NCBI RefSeq assembly: GCF_009834535.1
Contig: NC_045696.1
Coordinates: 13,704,001 to 13,768,000 of the forward strand
Source: Camelus ferus
Taxonomy: Eukaryota
Reading direction: 5' to 3'
DNA length: 64,000 nucleotides
Shown in pieces: positions 37,918-51,049 of this stretch; position 1 is the first letter of the stretch, and every line of letters begins with the position of its first letter. The notes beneath the pieces are model-generated. The model had not been told where the DNA came from. It saw only the letters and a program-made list of their open reading frames with translations, and ran no database searches. The position numbers were made by a program, and so were the translations under genes.

Positions 37918-38090
37918 CAGTGGCTCTCAGGTTTGATTTTTAATTCAGATCTTATAAGGGAACTTCTTATTAATCAAATCAGGTCCCATATCAAACCAAT
38001 TAAATCAAAATAGCTCCAGATAGGATACAAACATCAGTATTTCTTGCGTCTTAGGTGATTTTAGTGCACAGCTACGACTAAGAGCCACTG
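37918..38090. mobile_element. MER5 DNA transposon, copy 2
   Basis: Perfect 10-bp terminal inverted repeats CAGTGGCTCT / AGAGCCACTG. Confidence 0.75.
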
Positions 38091-39719
38091 ATCTATATGA
38101 ATGGATGGATATTATATCCTTAAGGTAATTTTATATTAATATTCTTTCTTTCCGTAGAGCTTTTGAGACTTGAGAGTGAGTGTGAGGTTACACTCCTTGG
38201 CAAGAACCTAGAGTGTAAATATTTTATATTGCTGGTTAAACTGTGGCTTATGTGAGTAGGTGGTGAACAGCTTTGAAATAAAAATGATGAATACACTGCT
38301 GAAATCTCTCTGCAATTAGGCAATGTTATTCCTTAAAAAGCAGGGTGAGGGCATAATATTTACCAATTATAATTAAAAACTCCTCAACTGGAGTATTAGC
38401 ACAGGGCTTCTAACTGTGAATTATGTTCAAATATCTTTGAAAAACAAGTTAAAAACATTTACATTATATTACTGTATTACTTATGTTCAGGCATAAGGCA
38501 AGGGATAAATTTTTATGCTTATGGTTCTTACAAAACCTATAAAACCAAATAATTAACAAATTAGGTACAAACAAAATTGTACAGCTGATAAGCTTTAAAT
38601 TATCATTACTTTGATTTGGTAGAGAATATTAGATTTTACAACTAAATTCTGGATGTTAGATTTACTAGCAGAAAGATGCACTTTCATAACGTGTCCTCCA
38701 CTTGTCATTTTTCATTTGTTGGATTTTGAATGGGAGGCACCATTATTTGAAGCACTCATTTACCACTGTCACTTTTTTCATTTTAACAATAAAATTATTC
38801 TTAATTGGATTCAACATTCTGATGGGCCAAAACGTTTAAGAGCATGCCCCTAAGTAAAACAGTGGCAAATTAACATGGACTGTTCTTCAATGCATATTTA
38901 CATATATACTTACTAATGAGCGATGCGAAGATCAGATCTACTCATTACGTTTGATACAAATGTGAGAAGATTTCAGCAAGTTCTTTCTTTCATTTGATTT
39001 TGCCTGAGTGTCTCTGCACATTGTAAGGCTCAATATCCCACTAATTGGCTTTTTGTCTCTGAACTCTGCATACGCACAGTGTGCCATGACCACATTTGAC
39101 CTTTATTTTGAAAATTATTCCAGTGTGCAATGTCATTTTCATGAAGGCAAATCAATGTCTCTATTATGTGATTTGAAAAACTAAAGCCTAATGGTGAATT
39201 TCTTTAAACTGAAAATTATCACTGCAAAAAATCAGATCTGTACAAATAGTAAAAATAATTTAACCAGTAACTAAATTGTGCAAACTGAATATTCTTACTT
39301 TAAAATTTGGACAAGCCAACCTGAAAGAAGTCAGATGCACATCAAGCACATTACACGTTCAAGGTTTTCACTTTAGATCATCACTTGGGTCAATCATAAG
39401 GCAGTAGGTAATCGCAGTTGTCATCTAGATAACCTAACACAACCGAAAATTCTCGTTAAGCAGAAGTGTCTCCACACATTTTGGAGACTCTCAGGTTCCC
39501 ATGGATATCAGTTTAAACAATATCGAGGTACCTTTCTAACCCTTGGTTTCCTCTTTGTATAAATGGGTTAAATGAAATATTAGCATAAATTGGCTAACAT
39601 TACATAGAGTAAATAAGTTTTCCATATATTAACTTTATTACAAAAAATTGATCAAAGTGTATCCATCCAATAATTAATTTTATGACTTTTTGAGAAAACT
39701 TAACAGTCCATTTTGTTGG

Positions 39720-40900
39720 ATTTTATATATATTTTATTTTTTTAGAACAGTTTTTAAATTTAGAAAAAATTTAAGAAGCTAATACAGGGAGTTTACATGC
39801 TTCACAGCCTGAATGAAACAATAGTTTCATCTATTATTAACATTACTCATTGGTATGGGACATTTGTCACAATTAATAAACAAATACAGGCACATTATTA
39901 TTAACTAAAGTTCAGTTTATTCAGATTTTCTTAGTTTTTAGCTGGTGTTCTTTCTCTGTTCCAATATCCCATTCAGGATACCACATTACCTTTAGTTGTA
40001 ATGATGCCTTAGACTCCTCTTGGCTATGACAGTTTCTCAGACTTCCCTTGTATTTGATGATTCTAAAAGTTGAGGCGTACTATACAGTTATTTCGTAGGA
40101 TGACCTTCTATTGGGATTTATCTGATATTTTTCTCATGATTAGATAGCAGTTGTGGGTTAAGGGGAAAAAGATCACAGAGGTAAAATGCAGTTTTCATCA
40201 CATACTATCAAAAGTACATACTATCGGCACTATTTATGACTTCATTTTTTTAATCCTTCCTTTTTAAATTGAAGTGTAGTTGATTTACAAGGTGAGTTTC
40301 AGGTGTACAGCAAAGTGATTTATCACTATTTATGACTTTGGAATGTTGACCTTATTCATCTGGCTGGGATGGGTTTGTCAGACTTCTCTGCTGTAAAGTT
40401 ACGCCCACCTGTTCTCCACACTGCACTCTTTAGAAGGAAGTTACCATGTGTAGCCCACACTTAAGGAGTGGAGTATTTACACAAATTATTTGGAATTCTT
40501 CTCCGTGGGAGATGTGTCTTTCCTTTCCCAATAACTAATTTATTCAATGATTGATTGATTGATTAGTATGGATATTTATTTTGTACTTTGAGTTGTAATC
40601 CAAAACTATTTTGTTCTCAGAGTTTTTCCTGCTTTGGCCACTGGAAATTCTTTCATTTATTTCTTGTGCCCGTTTAACATAGGACTCTTACTTTCTGGCA
40701 TTACAAGGTGCTCCAGGCTTAGCGTGTATATTCCTGCCCCAGCCCTAGAATCAGCAATTTCTCCAAGGAACTCTGCTTTCTTTTGTTAGAGAGTGAAGAA
40801 ACCAAGATCTGGGCTTCAGGGGTGCTTGTTGCTTCTACGGTGTCATATCTTTTAGGTCCTCTCAGCTAATACAGCAGAGAAATAATGCATGTATGCTAAC
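39720..40900 (-). mobile_element. L1MC-type 3' UTR fragment
   Basis: 'tttagaacagttttt...catttgtcacaattaataaacaaatac...ttattattaactaaag...cccattcaggataccacattac'. Confidence 0.75.
40243..40323 (-). mobile_element. 81-bp young L1 3' tail inside the L1MC
   Basis: 'aattgaagtgtagttgatttacaa...tttcaggtgtacagcaaagtgatt'; perfect TSD CACTATTTATGACTT at 40228-40242 and 40324-40338. Confidence 0.85.
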
Positions 40901-40903
40901 CTA

Positions 40904-40959
<56 letters not shown>
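40904..40959 (+). repeat. (GC)n(AC)n microsatellite
   Basis: Seen directly in the sequence. Confidence 0.95.
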
Positions 40960-40960
<1 letters not shown>

Positions 40961-41650
40961 CTCTCTGCCCCTTGTAACTATTTATTTATTGACTGTGTGA
41001 GCTCAGTGAGAATAAATGCCTTTTGTTTTATTATTTGCTGTCTTTCTAGCAAAAAGCAGACACCTGGCATGTAAGTTAGTGCAAAATAACTATGTATTAA
41101 ATTAAAAAGTGACTGAAAAGCTTTATCATTTCAATTAATTATATACTACAAATATCTTTCCATTTCTTTAAATATTTTTCTAAGAGATCATTTTTAGAGT
41201 TGAATATCAATCTATTATTTGACTCTGTATTACTTTGAGGATTAATGGTAAAATATATAAAGAACCAGATACAATGCTAAATATATAGTAGAAACTCAAG
41301 AAAAAATAAATTAAAATAAATTAATAAAATAATTAAAATAAATGAAAATTTTTATTTAATCAATCTCTAGCTTGTTTTCAATTTTTTAATATTTTTAAAT
41401 TTTCTTTGAGCCCTTTTGACTATTTTCTTAACTTGTAATTATCAAATCAAATAATACAAATACTGTACAGACTTTTAGTTTATATTTTAAATTACTTTCC
41501 ACCAGCAGTACTTGAAAGTACCTATTACCCTGTTTCTTTACCATCACTGGGTTATCATAACAAAAAGTTCCACTTAGCAGGTATAGTAGAGCATCTTAAG
41601 ATAATTAGAATTCACATCTCTCTGATTACTGGTGAGACTAAACTGCTATA

Positions 41651-41863
41651 TAGTTGACCCTTGAACAACACAAGTTTGAACTGCATGAGTCCACTTACAG
41701 GTGAATTGTTTTTCATTAGTAACTATTACTGTACTGTATGATTTTCTATAGTTGAATCCACGGCTGCAGAACCATAGATGCAGAGGTCCAATTATAAATT
41801 ATATGCAGATTTTCAACTATGTGGAGGGTTGGTTCCCCTTGCTCTCAGTTCAAGGGTCAACTG
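41651..41863. mobile_element. MER8/Tigger2-family TcMar MITE
   Basis: Terminal inverted repeats 'tagttgacccttgaac' / 'gttcaagggtcaactg', flanked by TA dinucleotides. Confidence 0.85.
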
Positions 41864-42362
41864 TATTTCATGCCTCTAGCATTTTTTAAAAATCTTACTA
41901 AATATGCTTTTTTTTTTTTGCTTTTGGTGTGTATGCTTTAAAAACCATTTATAGTAACTTCATATATTAGAAATAACATTATTAGACTCCCATCATTGTT
42001 GTACATAGCTTTGTTTGTTGCCTGCCTTTTAATTTTACTTATTCTTTGCTTTGACAAACATACTTCATACAATACTGATAAATCTCAGTCAAATCAGTTA
42101 CTATTTTCCATTGTGCTTTTATGGAATTCCTCAGTACACTCTTCCATAGAGTATTCTAGTTCTCAAGATTTTTATTTTTACTAGAAAATTTTAATTTTTG
42201 ATGGTTAAACTAATGTATGACCTGAGATGAGAAATTCACTCTAAATTTTTTTTCACATTTTTAGCCACAACAGTTACATCTACATCTTTTATCAAATAAG
42301 CTATTGCTTTTCTCTCTCTCTCTTTCTCTCTCTTTTTGTAACATGCTGCCTTTATCACAGAC

Positions 42363-42836
42363 TGTAATAAGCAGAATAGTGGTCTCCCAAAGACGTCCAC
42401 ATCCTACTACTTGGAACTGTACAATGTTTGGTTCCATGGAAAAGAAGAATTAAGCTTGTGGATGAACTCTGATAATTAAAAATAACTTTAAGATAGGGAG
42501 ATGATCTTGGACCACATGACTAGGTCCAAAGTAATCAAGAGGGTCCTCAAATGTGGGGGGATGGAAAAGAAGAACCAGAGAGAAGGCAGCTTGTGGAGAA
42601 CAGCCAGACATTGGTTTTCAAGATGGAGAGTGGAGCTCACAAGGTAAGAAATGCAGCCAGCCTCTCGAAGCTGGAAAAAGCAGAGATAGATTTTCCCCAG
42701 AGCCTCTGGAAAGAACCCAGCCCTGCCCACACCTGATTTTGGACCTCTGACCTCCATGACCGTAAGACAATAGATTCGTGATGTTTAAAATCTCTACTGT
42801 GGTCATCTGTTACAACAGCAATAGGGAATAAACACA
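42363..42836 (+). mobile_element. MLT1C/D solo LTR
   Basis: 'tgtaataagcagaatagtggtctcccaaagacgtccacatcct...gctggaaaaagcagagatagattttccccagagcctc...tgttacaacagcaatagg'. Confidence 0.85.
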
Positions 42837-42919
42837 CATGTATGTTATTGTCCTATGTGCGAAGCACCGAGCACCTTGGATCTCTACACTTCTTCATCAG
42901 CACAGACCCTCTTAGTGAC

Positions 42920-43790
42920 CTTATCCAAACTGTGGTTTGAAAATCATCTCCAAATCTGTGTCTCCAGTGGCTACCACTCCCTTGGGCTCTGGACTCATCT
43001 GTCTAACAGCCTGTTGAACATTTTTCCACATGTGGGTCTAATAGACATCTTAAACATAATTTGTTCATAGCCAAACTCTTGATTAATCAAACTTTCCTAA
43101 ACTAGTCCTTCCTTGTCTCAGTAAATGCACCCTCTATATGCCCAGCTCTGACCAAAACAGCTGAAGGTGTCCTTAACTCATCTCTTTGCCTCACATCCAA
43201 CATGCAATTCATCAGCAATTCTTAAGGCTCTCACCTCCTCCACCACAGATGTCGTGGTCCAGTCAGCCAAACCACTGAAACTGTTTTCTGATTAGTCATA
43301 TTGCTGTCGTTTTGTCTGTCACTGCTTGTTTGTCGCAGATGCTGTGTCCTCCTTCTCGTGGCTTTCTATCACACTTAGAATAAAAGGCGACATCTCTGTA
43401 ATAGCTGGCACCCAGTAAGTTCTTTGACTTCATCTCCCACTGGTCTGGCCCAAAGCCCCCAGTACACCACCTCTATATTTGTATGGGGCTCCCTGTCTGC
43501 TTTTTAAATCTCTGCTTTAAAGTTACAAATTAAAAGACTCCTCTGACCAGAGACCACCCTATCTAAATTGGAAATACTCTGTTACTTTATTCTCATTTAC
43601 GTATTTTTAATCACTTATCACTATCAAACATTATACAATGAACCTGTGAGCTTATTTTTAATTGTTTTCTGCCTATTCTAAGTAAAATCTAGAACAAGAA
43701 CATATTCTGTTTTATGTACTCATATATCCCCAATACTTACACCAGTGCCAGGAACATAGTATGGGTTCAGCAAATATTTTTTTAACTTAT
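42920..43790 (+). mobile_element. L2 3' part, inserted among old L1ME fragments (~41400-42360 and 43790-44370, minus strand)
   Basis: 'ctccaaatctgtgtctccag...gtctaatagacatcttaaacataat...cagtgccaggaacatagtatgggttcagcaaatat'. Confidence 0.65.
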
Positions 43791-44575
43791 TAAAAGCATA
43801 TTTGGATTGTTTCTGGATTTCCTATTCTGTTTCATGGATCTATCTATACAGTTTAATTTGCTGCAGATCTATTTATATTCTTCTTCTTTTTTTGTAATTG
43901 GGCTGCATTTCTTTTTAGCCTTTTTCACATTAATAACATAACATTTTAGTTATTGAAATTTTATTTAAAAAGCTTTAAAAAAATCTCGTGTTTTCTACTT
44001 TTTAACTGCTTTTGGCTTTTTTCCCAATGAACTTTAAAATAGGTATGTTAAATTAACAACAGTGAAAGCCATATTGAATTCTAAAAGGGTTATATAAATG
44101 GTATTATTAAACAGGAAATGATCCATAGTTTCACAGTATTAAAGCTTCATATCAGTTTCCTAATTTATATCCCATAGTAATTATTGGGTATAGCTTAAAT
44201 TTAGGGTGTTTTATTTTGTTAATTTTAGTCTTTTTTTAATATTTTGTTGCTTTTATGATTTGGATCTTTTACCCCTAATTTTAAACTGTAAAATAAAAAA
44301 ATTATTAATTTTTGTGCACTTATTTTGTTACCAGCCGAGTTCTTGAACTATCTGCTTATTTCTAATGGTTATTTACATTTTACAGATGAGGAAATGGTGC
44401 AACTAGAGACAATTAAGAATGTTCAGAGTCTGAATTCAAGTTCTGATGTGTCTCAGTTCAAATTCTGTGCTTCAGAGTTCTCTCTCCCATTAGCCTGTAC
44501 GCTTCTGCCCTTCAGAAACTATGTCATTTCATAATTGGTCCACCCCTGCCCCATAAAATCTGTCACACTATAAAA

Positions 44576-44735
44576 CAATGGTTCTCAGTTGGAGATAATT
44601 GTTTTCGTCATGAGACATTTGGCAATATCTGGAGATATTTTTGATCAAACTGGGAAGATTCTGCTGATTTCTACTGAGTAGAGGCTAGGAACTTCCTGCA
44701 TTGCACGGGGCAGGCCCCCACCACAGAGAATCATG
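44576..44735. mobile_element. MER20 hAT fragment
   Basis: 'caatggttctca...gacatttggcaatatctggagatattttt...gcaggcccccaccacagagaat'. Confidence 0.75.
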
Positions 44736-45435
44736 GGTAATACTTAACTAAGCACTCCGATACATCACACAGATATGAACTATTATTACCTATTAGTTCA
44801 TGTGTTATTTACCTTTATTAGGGTGTAAAATTACCCTGTGAGTAGGCATTATCTTCAGTTCCATCTTTCAGAAGGGAATACTCAGCATGACAAACTAAGG
44901 TGCAGTGTCATTCAGCGAATAGGTAAAGCCAAGACCCAGCCTCAGGCTGTGTGGGCTCAGAGTCACATCTGAGTACTATATGCTGGTTTAACTTGGTTGC
45001 ATTTAGGTGAATTCGAGTTAAGGGTTTCTTTTGCCTTAAAAACATATAAATTTATCTTGCAAAAACAAATTAAAAATCAATAACAATCAGCAATTAATTA
45101 TTAATTTAATTGCCTAGAGATGGAAAATTGTCAGTTTCTTCCGCAGTTAATTTGAGAGTTAATATTTCACTGTGAAAGATGAGAATATAAAACCAAGGCT
45201 TTCTACCATCTGAGTTCAGTGCTTGCTCCTGAACTTTTTTATGGAGATCGTAAAAGCTGATGGTTGGGACACTTGAAACTTTATGTAATACTACCCAACT
45301 ATATAATAAGGTAATGAGTATTTTGTATTGTTCAGTGGTTAAGAAAAAAGAGCAGACACACCTTCCTCTAGCTGAGAAAATCTACAGGAGGACATGATTC
45401 ATCAAGACCCTTTATAATGTCACAGGATAGAGAAA

Positions 45436-46237
45436 TTTTATTTATTTTATTTTTTCTTAACATTTTTTATTGAGTTATAGTTATTTTACAATGTTGTGTC
45501 AAATTCCAGTGTAGAGCACAATTTTTCAGTTATACGTGAACATACATATATTTGTTGTCACATTATTTTTCACTGTGAGCCTCCACAAGATCTTGTACAT
45601 ATATCCCTGTGCTATACAGTATAATCTTGTTTATCTATTTTGCATATGCCTGTCAGTATCTACAAATTTTGAAATCCCAGTCTGTCCCTTCCCACTCCCC
45701 ACCCCACTGGCAACCACAAGTTTGTATTCTATGTCTATGAGTCTATTTCTGTTTTGTATTAATTTTTTTTTTTTTTAGATTCCACATATAAGTGATCTCA
45801 TATGGTATTTTTCTTTCTCTTTCTGGCTTACTTCACTTAGAATGACATTCTCCAGGGATATCCATGTTGCTGCAAATGGCGTTATGTTGTCATTTTTTAT
45901 GGCTGAATAGTATTCCATTGTATAAATATATCACCTCTTCTTTATCCGGTCATCTATTGATGGACATTTAGGCTGTTCCCATGTCTTGGCTATTGTAAAT
46001 AGTGCTGCTATGAACATTGGGGTTCAGGTGTCATTTTGAAATAGGGTTCCTTCCAGATGTATGCCCAGGAGTGGGATTCCTGGGTCATATGGAAAGTCTA
46101 TTCCTAGTCTTTTGAGGAATCTCCACACTGTTTTCTGGCTGCACCAAACTGCATTCCCACCAGCAGTGTAGGAGGGTTCCATTTTCTCCACAGCCTCTCC
46201 AGCATTTGTCATTTGTGAACTTTTGAATGATGGTAAG
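45436..46237 (-). mobile_element. 5'-truncated young camelid-type L1 (ORF2 end, 3' UTR and poly(A))
   Basis: ORFs 46024..46212 and 46085..46285 give ORF2 C-terminal motifs ([27 protein letters not shown]...YDPGIPLLGI) with a frameshift. TSD core AGGATAGA at 45424-45431 and 46238-46245. Confidence 0.92.
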
Positions 46238-48879
46238 AGGATAGATAATTGTATTGTGGCTTGGGAACAAAGGCTTCATATACATTATCTAACCTTACAC
46301 ATTCTCAAGGGAGAGGGAAGGAGCAGGTGTTATGTCTGCACCTGGTTGTGGGAAATGTGAGCAACTCAGTGACTTGGCCAAAAGCTTGCTGTAAATCAAT
46401 AACAAAAAAACATACATTTTTAGTTTCTCTGCTTTTGAGCACTCTTCTTTGAACTAATAACTCTTTTGTGGTAATATCTCTAGTATGTTTTGCAATTTTA
46501 ACATATTTTCAAAAGTTCTGTTATGCAAATATTATGCTTCTGCAATGGCTCAAACTAAATATACATACTTGATAAATAAATATGTATTGATTACCAACAG
46601 TTTATCCACCATTGTTCAAATGCCCTGCCTTCAAGGAGCTTACTATCAACTTAAAGAAACAAGGCTAGTGGTGCATATTTAAAGGATTAGCTGATTGGTA
46701 CTAACTAGAAAAAAATAATCAATATGTACTGATACCCCTTCAACCTTGTAAATGATGTGAATCTTTTCATCATAACAACCCAGTGAGATGGCTATCAATT
46801 TCATTCAGTTTTTACAAATGAGAAAAGTGAAACACAGAGAGGTTAGGTGAGCAGCCCAAAGACACAGAAAATAGAAACCTAGACAAGAAGATTACAAAGT
46901 ACACATTCTTAATCACTGCACCGTCTGCACAAACTTTAAAGTCTTCAAGTGCTGGAGAAATGAGAGAATAATTTTCATAGGAATACTCATAGGAATACTG
47001 GGAAATACTCATGAACTCATATTGTTCAAATTGACCCTTTAAAAATGGGTAAATATGTCTTAATAAGTGATCCTGAAATGAGGAAGTACTTTTACTGGCT
47101 TAGAAACATTTTGATAATGAGTTTTTGGGGAAGTGGAACTTGGTTACCACAGTGACTGGAAACTTCACTGGCATTTAATAGATGGAGGTATACTAGTCAT
47201 CTTGTACAAACGACTTAAAAGACAGTCCTTCAAAAAAAAAATGCATTATCCTACATGTCATGCAACTTTCTAATGGTCATTTGGATAGTAACTGAAAACT
47301 CTGTTTATGATTATGAACATAGAACTCTACTCCATTTTACATAAAAGCTCAAAGCAATTTTTTTTAATGCACGATGAGAATCCAAAAATGTAGTAACCAG
47401 TAAATAGAGGGAAGGTTGACTTTTGTTTCATTTGGAACTTATACTAAAAGTTATTCATTATTTAAAAAATCACAGCGTTCATGGCAATCAGTCATGGAGT
47501 TTATGTCACACATCTAGCGTCTGTATCAATCTGTCTTTAGCGCCCACATTGTCAATGAGTCTACATGTAAGAGTAAACATCTGACTAATTTATTTTCCTT
47601 TAGTGTAGATGTTCCTATTTGACTAGATAATGAAATACATGTCATTTAAAATAAATTATGTTCACTTAAAGTTTCCCTTATGTTATAGTAAGACATGATA
47701 TTGACTTTTCCAAATGACTATTTTATATCATCTTCTGTGACCTTCATTCCCCAGTATTCTATAGGACATTACCAAATATTTTATATTGAAAAAAACCTCA
47801 GGTCTGATAGAGTGGGGATGCATTAATTTGGATAAATAGAGGGAAAAAGGGCATTTCATCAATTCACTGATTGATTATTTCAACATATTGTCTGAGTAGC
47901 TAGTATGTGTCAGACTACTCTGCTGTGCACTAGTCATGGAAGAATGGACAAAAATGGTAAAACTCTTGCTCTCATAGACTTTACATTTGCAGTGAAAAAA
48001 ATCCACTAATTAGAAATAAAGCAAAATAAGGACTGCATGGCCTTTCAATGCCATGAAGGAACATTGCTTCACAGAGTCAACCAAGTCTTATTTAATTCTT
48101 TAGGGGATAACACCTAGGTTTTACTTGGCATTTACTATTGGTTAGGACTAAAACTTTGTGAGGTTACACGCTACTTACAAATTTTTTCCTGTAGAGATGC
48201 AAATAATTTCTGGACAGTAAACGATAATGTTTTTTCTTATGTTTTCTTGCTCTTGGGACACTAAAGAGGTTTATTTTTGACTTAGCAAACTTGTTTCAAT
48301 ATATCTTTCCTTATGCTCCTGCAACCAGCCCTCCTCAGTTTTTTTCATTAATGAGTTAAATACATATTTGAAACACATGTTCTTTTCTGTATTTCTGTAA
48401 GAGTGACATTTTTAACTTAGTGAAATTTTATTTTTACACATTTTAGTAAAACTCATATAGTAAAGGAATAAAGTTGAATAGAAATTAGCTTGAGAAGTAA
48501 AGAGTTTGATTTTTTGAGATAGATAGTTGAGGCCAATTACAGATTTCTTAAGCAGGTTATACTTGACAAGGAAGATATTTAAATGAATCATAAAATCTGA
48601 GAAGTATGTTTGTCTTCAATATAAGTCAATGCTTATTTAACTTCAACTAGAGAATCTTCTTGTGCTATTAAGCATAGGATATCAATTAGCACTTCAACTG
48701 ATATTCAGTAATTTCTATTGACACTGGAGACTGATACATTGTAATTTTCTCATTTAAAAAATATAAAATTTTTGAAAAAATCACTGTATTTAATGCATAG
48801 AAAGTTTTTGAGAAAATGTGGGATATATTTTGAGATTAAGAACTAAACAGAAATTTAATTTTGAGATATTCACAAAGGA

Positions 48880-50690
48880 GGCAGCTGGGAGTACCCGTAA
48901 GGATTCCACCATCCCCTAATGGCCTCGCACTGCAGTTAGGGTGGTGGTGCACATGGCCTGGGCAAATGCCTGAATTAAGATTAGACACCCTAAAGTAAGG
49001 GTAAGATTCTCAAAGAGCAACAATTTAAGGAGAAAGAGTAACTTAGAGAATTTCCGCCAATAAGTCCAACAATAAGGGAATTTGCTTGTCTCTGACTAGG
49101 ATTTCAAAAGTAGCCTGAGATTTTGTGGCTCTATAGAGATTTGGTATAGGTTAGCAGTATATACATGATCCACAAAATTGCAGCCTGGGAATTTTAACTG
49201 AAAGCAAATCTGGGTTGATGATGCCTAGAAGTGCCTAACAAAAACAGTGTAACTTTCCTCTGAAGGAGTCCTCAATGCATTCCCACAGATATCCAAAAAA
49301 CAAGACTCACAATCACAAATCCCAAAATACACGAGGAGGTATGTAAGAACTTGCAGAAGAAAAGACAGCAGAATCAGACCTCCAAAAATTTGATATTGAG
49401 ATTATTGGGAACAGAATATAAAATGAAAATACATACAATGAAATAAAATGTAGACCTAAAGCAAATGGAAATTCAAGAAAATTAAAATAAAAGTAACCAA
49501 AAAATGAGTTTTAAAAGAGATTAAAAAGAATTACATCTTTATAGAATATACATTTAACACATATGAATATAAAATAATACAAAAATAAAAAAAACTATTC
49601 ACATGTAACAAAGAATGGGTTGGAAAATGCAAAAGGAAGTTTGAGTCTTGTGGAGGAAAGAGAAAGTCAAAGTAAGTTTAACTGGAGTTACATTTAAATG
49701 GAGATAATATATAGAATAAAGAAGACCATAATCAGGGTTAATGGATGAGAATTTTCCAGAATGTTAGATTCTGGAATCAGAATTTCCAAATTGTCAGAGT
49801 TAGGAAGCACATTTAATTCTAAACAGATAAATAAAAAGGTACCCTTCCAGCTGCATTGTGGTACTTTGCAGAACACTAATGATAAAAGAGAAAAATGTTA
49901 ATAACAGTTGAGAAAAAAATGACAACTGACAAAGAATCAATAGTTAGAATGATAGCTATTTTGTTTCCACTTGATTTTTAAAAATTTTTCCAGCTTTACC
50001 AAAGTGTGACAAATAAAGTTTATAAATATATAAGGTGTATAATGTGATGTTTTGAAATATGTCTACATTAAGAAATGATTGCCACAATCAAACTAATAAA
50101 CATATCCATTCATCTCACCTAGTTAACGTTTATGTGGTATGTGTAATGAGAACACTTGATGTCTACTTTCTTAACAAATTTCAAGTATAAAATTCATTAT
50201 TCTTAACTATAATCACCATACATTACATTGGTCTCTAGAACTTATTCATCTTATAACTAAAATTTGTCCTCTTTGACCAACATCTTCCCATTTCCCAACT
50301 TCATATATAATATATCAAGTTTTCCTTATCAGTTCATCTACTGACAGACACATAGGATGTTGCCACATCTTGGATACTGCAAACAATGCTGCAATGAACG
50401 TGGGAGTGCAAAATTTTTTTAAGATAGTGATTTTATTTCTTGTCAGTTCTCAGTTTGTTTTTGTCCAACATTGTGCTGAAACTTCTCAGATTTCCAGACT
50501 CCTATAAAGATGCTCTCATCCATGGGTGGTTGTCGAAGTCAATGTTTTGTCTGAGGATGATGATAGAAAACTCCTCTTCTGCTATCTTGCTGACCTGATA
50601 GCTACCTTTCCAACAGCAACAACAAAGCCAGAAGACAGTGCAATCACATTTTTAAAAATTGAGAGACATTTTACCTCTAAGGGCAAAAGT
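48880..50690 (+). mobile_element. Old L1M 5'/ORF1 relic, split by the 49959-50595 insertion
   Basis: 'cagcagaatcagacctccaaaaatttgatattg'; the join 'gttagaatgatagcta|cctttccaacagcaacaacaaagccagaagacagtg' resembles ORF1 IRLTADFS...EARRQW. Confidence 0.6.
49959..50595 (-). mobile_element. L1MA-type element with its 3' end fused to ~155 bp of 5' end
   Basis: L1MA 3' UTR text at 49975-50440; the right end reads GGTCAGCAAGATAGCAGAAGAGG on the minus strand. TSD TGATAGCTA at 49950-49958 and 50596-50604. Confidence 0.75.
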
Positions 50691-51049
50691 TAATACCTAA
50701 CTTAAATTTAAAATGTAGTATGCTCAATAAGAATATATTGAATTGGTTTTATTTTGAAACTAACACCAATATAAAGTGTGAAGATTGGTTTAATAGAAGT
50801 CTCATGTGTTATTTGTTCATTCCTCTGTTATCTTATCTAAGGTATTATTAACGTTCCCAAAAGACTATGTATAAATTTACCAGTCATACAGAATTACATC
50901 TGTGGTCCAAGGTATGCTTTGTCATTTGTCAGAGAAAGTAGAATCTATTCTCTAAGGCATTTCAAGTTTTGTCCTTTTAAAGCAATAGGTGGGTATTATT
51001 CTCACAGGCAAGTCTGTGTTGTGTGTAGAAAATAGCACATAGCTCCTCT

